DNA of 64,000 bases from Eubacteriales bacterium. Its GTDB lineage: Bacteria > Bacillota > Clostridia > Oscillospirales > CAG-382. The DNA lies in NCBI GenBank assembly GCA_045539625.1, contig JAZQFS010000025.1:18626-82625 (forward strand), in the 5' to 3' direction. Of this stretch, positions 56,632 to 64,000 are shown in pieces. The position numbers and the translations under genes are program-made. Within the stretch, counting starts at the first letter, position 1; the number at the start of each line of letters is the position of its first letter. The notes below the pieces were generated by a model. That model searched no databases, was not told the DNA's origin, and saw only the letters and a list, made by a program, of their open reading frames with translations.

Positions 56632-56743
56632 ATTGCTCAGTTCCTTCCAGAATGTACTGCCTGTATGATTTGCACTTTTTTCCCGTCTATTCATTTTTGC
56701 AACAATGTTTACAAATTTATGTAATGTAAGGACTAAAAAACTA

Positions 56744-56772
56744 TTGAAAAATCACTTGTATTATAGTACAAT
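56744..56772 (+). promoter_or_regulatory. Sigma-A promoter of the SLH-protein gene
   Basis: TTGAAA at 56744-56749, 17 nt spacer, TACAAT at 56767-56772. Confidence 0.65.
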
Positions 56773-56825
56773 ATAATCGGAATAAAAAAAGTGCGCCTAC
56801 AGTCGCCGAAAGGATGGTCAAACGT

Positions 56826-58949
56826 ATGAAAAACAGAAAATCAAGGTTGCTTTTTGCCGCTTGCTTAATTGTACTTTTTGTGTGCAGTCTTATGTGCTTT
56901 GCAGAGCAAGCTGTGTTTACCCAGCACAAGGTAATTCTCAGCTATGACAAGCAGGCAAACACCGTTGATGCCGACATTTACATTTCAAAGGGTACGGCAA
57001 TAGTCGGCTATTGCAGCTTTACCTATGACAGCAGTGTGCTTCAGCTTACCGATGTCAACGGAAATGCAGTAAATGCAGGAAATGTTCCATCCTTCAGCCA
57101 AGACGGAAGTATATTTCTTGACGATGTTATCACAGCCCACAACGGCGTTGTGATTACCGATATAGGCAAGGGAACGCCTAACCTTGTCAACCCCGAAGAA
57201 GGCTACTTTATGTTTGCGTGGTTTCTCCCGGGAAGTATTCCCTGCTTAAGTGCAAACGAAGGTGTCGATGTGCTTATTGCAAGTGTAAAATTTGAGCTTA
57301 TAGACGACATAACCTATGAAGAGTTTGACAAGGATACCTTCTGGGTTGCCGACAGCGAAGTTACCGACAAGGTCAAGGGCTGGTATCCCGGCATTGTTGT
57401 TATGAACGACAAGCAGCAGCAGTTCAACTTTGACGGCACTGTTGAAGACGGCGATCTGTTCCTGCTGGAATATGAATTTGAAGACCTTGAAGGTTATTTT
57501 AAGCCTTCAGAAAAGCCTGAAAACGAGCCCGACACTGAGCCCGATAATGAGCCTGATACTGAACCCGACGTTGAGCCCGATGCAGAACCCGATGTTGAGC
57601 CTGATACTGAACCCGATGCAGAACCCGATGTTGAGCCTGATACAGAGCCCGATACCGAGCCCGATACTGAGCCCGACACTGAGCCTGATACCGAGCCTGA
57701 TACAGAGCCCGATACTGAGCCTGACACTGAGCCTGACACTGAGCCCGATACCGAGCCTGATACAGAGCCTGATACAGAGCCCGATGACACACAGGACAAG
57801 GACACAACAACAGTTCTTGCAGAAAACACGGCTTTCAAAGCAGACTTCAGACTTGAAATAACAAAGACAGACTCCACCGTACATATATCCTGGGAAAAGC
57901 CATCGGACATAGATAAGCTTGAAAATTATGTTGCCGTACTTTGCGACGGTGATTACAATGTAATAAAGGAAGTTGTTATTTTCAACTCCAGCACCTCCTA
58001 CACCTTCAAGAATTTAAAGGACGATTTTACATACAAGCTTTACTTCTACGGTGCAGACGGCAATAACACCTACTGTTCGGACATATACACAGTAAAAACC
58101 CCTGCTGCACAGAACAAAGAGCCCATAATTTTCAACGTCACATACGATGCAGGCAAAGGCAGGCTTTACGGTCTTGAAGCCGAGGACGTGCTCTTCGGTG
58201 AGCTTCTTACCAAAGTTCCCGCAGTAACTGCTCCCGACGGCAAGTATTTTGCAGGCTGGACAAAGGACGGAAAAAGCTTATACAATGTATCTCTTCCCGT
58301 TTACTCTTCTGTAAAGCTCAAGGCTTTGTATACCGATGTTTCTCCCGTCACAGCCTCTTCATACATAACAGGCTACACCGACGGCACCTTCAAGCCTGAC
58401 GGGCTTATTACACGTGCGGAAGCGGCTTCGCTTATAGCAAGGCTTTCGCCTGAATTTGATTCCGTTCAAAGCTTTTTCCACGGCTTTTCCGACTGTACGG
58501 AGGGTGCATGGTACGAAAAGGCAGTTGCCTTCTGCAGCTCAAAGGGATACATTACAGGCTACCTTGACGGCACCTTCAATCCTTCGGGCAACATTTCAAG
58601 AGCGGAATTTGCAACAATTCTTGTAAGAGTATTCTCATTTGATGTTCAGAACAAAACAGATGTATTTTCCGATATGAGCGGTCATTGGGCTTGTCCCTAT
58701 GTTTCACAGCTTTTCGGTGCAAGTATTGTTACTCCCGATGAAAACGGCAAGTTCAGACCGTCTGAAAAGCTTACCCGTAAAGATGCCGTTGTGATGCTCA
58801 ACAAGTGTCTGGGTATTACCCCCGACAAGGCTGCCATTGACAGCTATCTTGACAGTAACGGCTACAAATTCACCGACGTTGAACAGTACAAGGACTGCTT
58901 CTATCCCATTATGGCGGCAACCCTTAAAGACGAGGACTACAACAGATAA
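56826..58949 (+). CDS. Cell-surface protein: signal peptide, cohesin-like domain, EPDx linker, Listeria-Bacteroides repeat, three SLH domains
   Basis: Signal peptide MKNRKSRLLFAACLIVLFVCSLMCFA. Cohesin-like block CSFTYDSSVLQLTDV...IASVKFELIDD. 22 EPDx repeats. The motif YFAGWTKDG...LKALY. SLH motifs: YITGYTDGTFKPDGLITRAEAA, YITGYLDGTFNPSGNISRAEFA and FRPSEKLTRKDAV. Confidence 0.75.
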   Translation: MKNRKSRLLFAACLIVLFVCSLMCFAEQAVFTQHKVILSYDKQANTVDADIYISKGTAIVGYCSFTYDSSVLQLTDVNGNAVNAGNVPSFSQDGSIFLDDVITAHNGVVITDIGKGTPNLVNPEEGYFMFAWFLPGSIPCLSANEGVDVLIASVKFELIDDITYEEFDKDTFWVADSEVTDKVKGWYPGIVVMNDKQQQFNFDGTVEDGDLFLLEYEFEDLEGYFKPSEKPENEPDTEPDNEPDTEPDVEPDAEPDVEPDTEPDAEPDVEPDTEPDTEPDTEPDTEPDTEPDTEPDTEPDTEPDTEPDTEPDTEPDTEPDDTQDKDTTTVLAENTAFKADFRLEITKTDSTVHISWEKPSDIDKLENYVAVLCDGDYNVIKEVVIFNSSTSYTFKNLKDDFTYKLYFYGADGNNTYCSDIYTVKTPAAQNKEPIIFNVTYDAGKGRLYGLEAEDVLFGELLTKVPAVTAPDGKYFAGWTKDGKSLYNVSLPVYSSVKLKALYTDVSPVTASSYITGYTDGTFKPDGLITRAEAASLIARLSPEFDSVQSFFHGFSDCTEGAWYEKAVAFCSSKGYITGYLDGTFNPSGNISRAEFATILVRVFSFDVQNKTDVFSDMSGHWACPYVSQLFGASIVTPDENGKFRPSEKLTRKDAVVMLNKCLGITPDKAAIDSYLDSNGYKFTDVEQYKDCFYPIMAATLKDEDYNR
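57525..57788 (+). repeat. In-frame 12-nt tandem repeat, 22 units (GAGCC(C/T)GA(T/C)ACN encoding EPDT/N/V/A/D)
   Basis: I counted the units directly in the sequence. Synonymous variation (GAG/GAA, CCC/CCT, GAT/GAC, ACT/ACA/ACC) separates the units. Confidence 0.95.
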
Positions 58950-58952
58950 CTT

Positions 58953-60668
58953 ATGATAAAACGTTTCTTAAAGTATTACACATTTCACAAAAAGCTGTTT
59001 ATTCTTGACATGGCAGCCTCCCTTCTTGTGTCGCTTGTGGGCATTGTTTACCCCATTATCACAAGAACACTGCTCAATGATTTATTTCCCAATAAGAATT
59101 ACAAAATGATAGCTGTTTTCGGAAGCCTTTTGCTTTTGCTTTACATTGTCAAAATGCTGCTCAACTACTTTATCCAGTACAAAGGGCACGTTATGGGCGT
59201 AGAAATGCAGGCACAGATGAGAAGCGATATGTTCGCCCATCTTGAAAAGCTCCCCTTCAGCTTTTACGACAGCGAGGAAACAGGCAAAATCATGTCACGT
59301 ATGACCAACGACCTTATGAACGTGACAGAGCTTGCCCACCACGGTCCCGAAAATCTTATCATTTCGTCTATTACCATCATTGTTTCCTTTATTTATCTGT
59401 CCACCATCAACATTTATCTTACACTTATAATTTTCGCCTGTGTTCCCTTTCTTGTTATCACGGCAGCGGTGCTTAGAAAAAAGATGACAGCCGCTTTTCT
59501 TGCAAGCAGAAAGGCTGTAGCGGAAATAAATGCTTCACTTGAAAGCAGCATTTCAGGCATACGTGTGACAAAGGCATTTACAAATGCACAAGAAGAGCAG
59601 AAGAAGTTTGAGCAAGGCAATGAAATGTTCGTTTCTGCACGAAGCGAAGCTTATGATGCAATGGGACGCTTCCACAGTGCAACGGCATTTATCAATGACA
59701 TCTTCAACGTAATTGTTCTTGTGGCAGGCGGCTTCTTCCTCTTTAACGGAAGCATTGATTTCGGCGATTACTCCGCCTTTGTGGTATCGGTAACGCTGTT
59801 TACCTCTCCCGTTATGACTCTCATCACCTTCACAGAACAGTTTCAGGACGGCTTCACGGGCTTCAGACGTTTCCTTGAAATCATCGACAAGGAGCCTGAA
59901 AAGGATGCACCCGATGCCGAGGAATTATCGTCTGTTGAGGGGCACATCCGCTTTGAAGGAGTAACATACGGCTATGATGACAGCAAGGAGGTTCTCAAAG
60001 ACGTTTCCATTGACATCAAAAAGGGACAGACCTTTGCTCTTGTAGGTCCTTCGGGCGGCGGAAAAACAACAATCTGCCATCTTATCCCCCGTTTTTATCC
60101 TGTTGAAAGCGGAAGCATTTTAATTGACGGCAAGGACATTTCAAAGGTTACTGCAAAGTCACTTCGTCAAAATATAGGTATTGTTCAGCAGGACATATAC
60201 CTGTTCAACGCAAGCATAAAGGAAAACATTCTTTACGGAAGGCTTGGTGCAAGCGACGAAGAAGTAATTGAGGCGGCAAAGCGTGCCAACATTCACGATT
60301 ACATTATGACGCTTCCCGACGGCTATGAAACACAAATAGGAGAACGCGGCGTTAAGCTGTCGGGCGGTCAGAAACAGAGGCTGTCAATTGCAAGAGTATT
60401 CCTCAAAAACCCCGCCATTCTCATTCTTGACGAGGCGACGAGTGCTCTTGACAACACAACGGAAATTCTTATCCAAAAGGCTCTTGACGAGCTTTGCCGG
60501 GGCAGAACAACAATAGTTGTTGCCCACAGGTTATCCACCATCAAAAATGCAGACGAAATTGCAGTCATTGAGGACGGTATAATAACCGAAAAAGGCTCTC
60601 ACGAGGCTCTTATGGAAAAGGGCGGCACTTATGCCACTCTTTACAGCCAGCAGTTCAGAGAGGATTAA
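58953..60668 (+). CDS. ABC exporter, fused permease/ATPase (MsbA-like, probably a homodimer)
   Basis: Six-TM domain followed by GPSGGGKTT, LSGGQKQR and ILILDEATSALD. Starts 3 nt after the SLH-protein stop. Confidence 0.85.
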   Translation: MIKRFLKYYTFHKKLFILDMAASLLVSLVGIVYPIITRTLLNDLFPNKNYKMIAVFGSLLLLLYIVKMLLNYFIQYKGHVMGVEMQAQMRSDMFAHLEKLPFSFYDSEETGKIMSRMTNDLMNVTELAHHGPENLIISSITIIVSFIYLSTINIYLTLIIFACVPFLVITAAVLRKKMTAAFLASRKAVAEINASLESSISGIRVTKAFTNAQEEQKKFEQGNEMFVSARSEAYDAMGRFHSATAFINDIFNVIVLVAGGFFLFNGSIDFGDYSAFVVSVTLFTSPVMTLITFTEQFQDGFTGFRRFLEIIDKEPEKDAPDAEELSSVEGHIRFEGVTYGYDDSKEVLKDVSIDIKKGQTFALVGPSGGGKTTICHLIPRFYPVESGSILIDGKDISKVTAKSLRQNIGIVQQDIYLFNASIKENILYGRLGASDEEVIEAAKRANIHDYIMTLPDGYETQIGERGVKLSGGQKQRLSIARVFLKNPAILILDEATSALDNTTEILIQKALDELCRGRTTIVVAHRLSTIKNADEIAVIEDGIITEKGSHEALMEKGGTYATLYSQQFRED

Positions 60669-60681
60669 CTGATACAAAACG

Positions 60682-60713
60682 GAACGGCTCACAAAATGTG
60701 AGCCGTTCTTTTT
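60682..60713. terminator. Bidirectional terminator between the ABC gene and spoIIID
   Basis: GAACGGCTCAC-AAAAT-GTGAGCCGTTC with T-runs on both strands. Confidence 0.85.
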
Positions 60714-60987
60714 ATGCACTTTTACTCTTTTTCTTCAATTCCGAATACTTTTCCTTTGTCGCCTGTCCGCCTCTCAGATGACGCTCCGACTTATTCTTGT
60801 CAAGCACTCCCGTAACTTTTTTGTATAAACCTTTGTTTATGTCGGGAAGTCTTGTTCTGACGTCTTTATGTACCGTGCTTTTACTTACGTTGAAATGCTT
60901 TGCGGTCTGTCTTACGGTTGCGCTGTTTTCTATTATGTACCTTGCAAGAATTTCCGCACGTTCTTCTATATATTCCTTCAAAAGCAT
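60712..60987 (-). CDS. spoIIID: Sporulation transcriptional regulator SpoIIID
   Basis: Close match to the B. subtilis SpoIIID pattern: Y(I)(E/K)ER....(A/G).YI.E...TVR..AK.F.VSKSTVHKD...RLP.IN...........K..RHLRGG.ATK.KY. 91 aa. Confidence 0.9.
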   Translation of the reverse strand: MLLKEYIEERAEILARYIIENSATVRQTAKHFNVSKSTVHKDVRTRLPDINKGLYKKVTGVLDKNKSERHLRGGQATKEKYSELKKKSKSA

Positions 60988-61033
60988 TTGCTCCTTTCGC
61001 TTTTTGTTACATTAATATGCTTTACGGTGCGGT

Positions 61034-61057
61034 TGTATGCTTTGCATCAAGGAATAT
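61034..61057 (-). promoter_or_regulatory. Sigma-E-like promoter of spoIIID
   Basis: Minus strand has aaATATTc (61057-61053), a 13 nt spacer, then CATACAAC (from 61039). This fits the B. subtilis sigma-E consensus of ATATT, 13-14 nt, CATACA-T. Confidence 0.5.
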
Positions 61058-61282
61058 TTTATCAACTTTTGCTAACAATACACCCGAGGACCAAATATCA
61101 CACCTTCATTTTTCCCTTTATAAAAACAAAGGTTGAACATTTTGATAAATATTTACCAAAGGTGTTGCAATTGACAAAAAATCTGTTATAATCTATTGTG
61201 GTATGGGAGGAAGAATTTTCCTTTTATGCCCTGAATAAGTGAAAAAATAAAAATATATGCTAAACTTTAGGAGGTTTACACC

Positions 61283-63064
61283 ATGACAAACAACAAGTAT
61301 GTTAACCAGTGGGTTGACGAAATGGCTGCCCTCACCTGTCCTGACAAAATTGTCTGGATTACAGGCGACGAAGCACAGACAGAGGCTCTCAGAGCAGAAG
61401 CTTGTGCAACAGGCGAAATCGAAAAGCTCAACGAAGAAAAGCTCCCCAACTGCTATCTTCACAGAACAGCCGTAAATGACGTAGCAAGAGTTGAAGGCAG
61501 AACATTTATCTGCACAAAGGAAAAGGACAATGCAGGTCCTACAAACAACTGGATGGGACTTGAAGAAGCAAAGGAAAAGCTCACTCCCCTCTACAAGGGT
61601 GCAATGAAGGGAAGAACAATGTACGTTATTCCTTACTCCATGGGTGTTGTTGGCTCTGACTTCTCAAAGATCGGTCTTGAAGTTACAGACTCTATCTACG
61701 TTGTACTCAACATGCTTATTATGACAAGAGCAGGTCAGCATGTTCTTGATGCACTTGGCGACAGCCCTGACTTCATCAGAGGTCTTCATGCAAAGGCTGA
61801 CATCGACGAAGAAAACAGATACATCTGCCACTTTCCCGAATACAACTACATTGCTTCCGTAAACAGCGGTTACGGCGGAAACGTTCTTCTCGGTAAGAAG
61901 TGCTTCGCTCTCAGAATCGCTTCCTATCTCGGACGTAAGGAAGGCTGGATGGCTGAACACATGCTCATTCTCGGCGTTGAATATCCCGACGGCGAAACAA
62001 AGTATGTTGCAGCTGCATTCCCCTCTGCTTGCGGTAAAACAAACCTTGCAATGCTTATTCCTCCGGAATTCCTCAAGAAGAAGGGCTACAAGGTATGGTG
62101 CGTAGGTGACGACATCGCTTGGATCAGAGTAGGCAAGGACGGCAGACTCTACGCTGTTAACCCTGAAAACGGCTTCTTCGGCGTTGCTCCCGGTACCAAC
62201 GAAAAGTCCAACCCCAATGCTCTTGCAACAACAATGAGAGACACTATCTTCACAAACGTTGTTCATAACCTTGATGACAACACAGTTTGGTGGGAAGGTC
62301 TTGACAACAATCCTCCCGTTAACGCAATTGACTGGAGAGGCAACAAGTGGGATTACAAGACATATGACAAGACAAGAAAGCTTGAAACAAGCGGTGCTCA
62401 TCCCAACTCAAGATTTACTGCTCTTGCTAAGAACTGTCCTTGTATTTCAAGCGAGTTCAACTCCACAACAGGTGTGCCCCTTTCAGCTATCATCTTCGGC
62501 GGCAGACGTGCTAAGACTGCTCCCCTGGTATATCAGTCCAGAAACTGGCAGCACGGTACCTTCGTTGGTTCCATCATGGCTTCCGAAACAACAGCTGCTG
62601 CTGCAGGTGCTCTCGGCGTAGTTCGCCGCGATCCTATGGCTATGCTTCCCTTCTGCGGCTACAATATGGGTGAATACTTCGCTCACTGGCTCGCTATGGG
62701 ACTCAAGGCTGAAAACGCTCCCAAGATTTTCCACGTTAACTGGTTCAGAACAAACGCTGAAGGCGAATTCATCTGGCCCGGCTTCGGTGACAACCTCAGA
62801 GTTCTCCTCTGGATCCTCGCAAGATGCGAAGGCAAGGTTGACGCTGTTGAATGTGAAATCGGTTATCTTCCCAAGCCCGAAGACATTGACACGGAAGGTC
62901 TTGACATTTCAATGGATACAATGAAGGAGCTTCTTTCCGTTGACAAGGCAAGCTGGATTGAAGACCTCGATTCCATCAAGGCATTCTACGCTAAGATCGG
63001 CAACACAATGCCCAAGGAATTACTTGACGAGCTTGCTACTCTTGAGAAGAATCTTACGGCGTAA
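61283..63064 (+). CDS. pckG: Phosphoenolpyruvate carboxykinase (GTP)
   Basis: 593 aa with FPSACGKTNLAML (kinase-1a), WVGDDIAW-like CVGDDIAWIR, GFFGVAPGT and NWFR motifs. RBS is AGGAGG. Confidence 0.9.
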   Translation: MTNNKYVNQWVDEMAALTCPDKIVWITGDEAQTEALRAEACATGEIEKLNEEKLPNCYLHRTAVNDVARVEGRTFICTKEKDNAGPTNNWMGLEEAKEKLTPLYKGAMKGRTMYVIPYSMGVVGSDFSKIGLEVTDSIYVVLNMLIMTRAGQHVLDALGDSPDFIRGLHAKADIDEENRYICHFPEYNYIASVNSGYGGNVLLGKKCFALRIASYLGRKEGWMAEHMLILGVEYPDGETKYVAAAFPSACGKTNLAMLIPPEFLKKKGYKVWCVGDDIAWIRVGKDGRLYAVNPENGFFGVAPGTNEKSNPNALATTMRDTIFTNVVHNLDDNTVWWEGLDNNPPVNAIDWRGNKWDYKTYDKTRKLETSGAHPNSRFTALAKNCPCISSEFNSTTGVPLSAIIFGGRRAKTAPLVYQSRNWQHGTFVGSIMASETTAAAAGALGVVRRDPMAMLPFCGYNMGEYFAHWLAMGLKAENAPKIFHVNWFRTNAEGEFIWPGFGDNLRVLLWILARCEGKVDAVECEIGYLPKPEDIDTEGLDISMDTMKELLSVDKASWIEDLDSIKAFYAKIGNTMPKELLDELATLEKNLTA

Positions 63065-63102
63065 GTTTAATATTTCTTTCTCTTAAATAAAAAGATAAAG
63101 CA

Positions 63103-63135
63103 ATCCCCCGATGTCAATAAAAAACATCGGGGGAT
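63103..63135. terminator. Terminator between convergent genes
   Basis: ATCCCCCGATGT-CAATAAAAA-ACATCGGGGGAT, a 12 bp stem. Confidence 0.75.
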
Positions 63136-63160
63136 ATGTATATTTATATTACTAAAAAAA

Positions 63161-63964
63161 TCAAGCCGCTTCACTTATTTCAGGAAGAATTACCGTAGTT
63201 GTACCGATTTCGGAAACTTCAATTGTTGCTTCAACAACGATGCCGTTGCTTATGACATTTAATTTCCAAATATATTTATCATCTTCAATTGTGAGAGTTA
63301 TATCTTTTGTGTTTTCTATTTCCACATCACCGATATATTCATATATACCTTCGCCTGTCTTAACATAATTATCCGCATTATACAATGCTTCATTCTGCGC
63401 TTCATCTGTTTCTTCCGCCTGTGTCACATTCTTTATCCAATTACCGTTTTCATCTTGTGTGTACAAATACATTTCTCCATCAACAATTTCGGTATATGTG
63501 TCGCCTGCACCAAGAACACCGGATGTAAATGTTTTGTTTCCGTCTGTTTTAATTGTCATGATAACATTACCGAACAAAGGCAGATTTTTCATAACGGTTA
63601 CCGTTTGATAGTTATCTGCCTCATGATATTTTCTGAAAAGTTCTTCAAGCCCATCAGCTTCGGCTTCTGTGTTTTTCTTCCCAAGATAAACTGTACTTGT
63701 TTCACCGTCCCATTCAACATCTTTACCAAATGCGTTTGCAACCGCTCTTACAGGTAAATATGTTGTACCGTCCATGATAAAAGGCTCAACCGCATTACCG
63801 TCAGCATCTTTGGGCTCTATATACGTGCCGTCTACACATATTTTAATATTTTTATAAAAAATATCAACGTTTTTCTTTATGCTTTCACCTGCTGCTATAA
63901 CAGTAATGCACACTACCAACGCACATAGCAAAACAACCACTGCCAAATTTCTTACTTTTTTCAT
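63161..63964 (-). CDS. Membrane-anchored/secreted protein with a copper-amine-oxidase N-terminal-like (stalk) domain
   Basis: Signal/anchor MKKVRNLAVVVLLCALVVCITVIAAG, followed by I.VDG........DGNAVEPFI.DGTTYLPVRAVANAFGK.V.WDGET.TVYL. Confidence 0.65.
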   Translation of the reverse strand: MKKVRNLAVVVLLCALVVCITVIAAGESIKKNVDIFYKNIKICVDGTYIEPKDADGNAVEPFIMDGTTYLPVRAVANAFGKDVEWDGETSTVYLGKKNTEAEADGLEELFRKYHEADNYQTVTVMKNLPLFGNVIMTIKTDGNKTFTSGVLGAGDTYTEIVDGEMYLYTQDENGNWIKNVTQAEETDEAQNEALYNADNYVKTGEGIYEYIGDVEIENTKDITLTIEDDKYIWKLNVISNGIVVEATIEVSEIGTTTVILPEISEAA

Positions 63965-64000
63965 TTGTTATACCTCCATAGCATTTATAGTATTATTTTA

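Noticed and set aside
57430-57910. Alternative-frame and antisense ORFs (GSVSGS..., LSPI... repeats)
   Set aside because: They are artefacts of the 12-nt EPDx repeat, which stays open in several frames. Only the frame continuous with the signal peptide and SLH domains makes sense.
61664-62401. 245-aa minus-strand ORF
   Set aside because: It is antisense to pckG, which carries diagnostic GTP-PEPCK motifs.

Overview
This looks like a chromosomal window from a Clostridia-type Firmicute. Supporting signs are an IspH-S1 fusion, spoIIID, a SpoIID/LytB-domain protein, SLH-anchored surface proteins, and frequent TTG starts with strong GGAGG ribosome-binding sites (RBS). Most of the window is housekeeping. 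It includes a SAM-I riboswitch with metK, efp, a cmk-plsC-ispH/rpsA operon, and one long minus-strand gene string (rimO, pgsA, cysE, cysS, mrnC, pth, nagA, metG, tatD). It also has rny, pckG, tcdA, three ABC exporter genes and an orphan MsmX-type sugar ATPase. I saw no CRISPR array, transposase, integrase or prophage genes. Five things stand out. (1) A ~350 bp ORF-free array next to a divergent tRNA-Glu(CUC)/tRNA-Gln(CUG) pair. It has at least 11 hairpins of differing sequence, each carrying the conserved tail ATATCATC, arranged in two inverted arms. (2) Two paralogous, strongly signalled small acidic peptides that the ORF track misses (2372-2497 and 47987-48130). One sits upstream of a secreted repeat protein, the other divergent from a MarR-ABC exporter operon. 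(3) An orphan promoter-to-terminator unit (candidate sRNA) at about 47602-47768. (4) A translationally coupled HAD / deoxyhypusine-synthase-like / HldE-like kinase triad beside a GH38 mannosidase. (5) A cohesin-like, SLH-anchored protein with 22 EPDx repeats. All functional calls come from reading motifs by eye; no database search was run.
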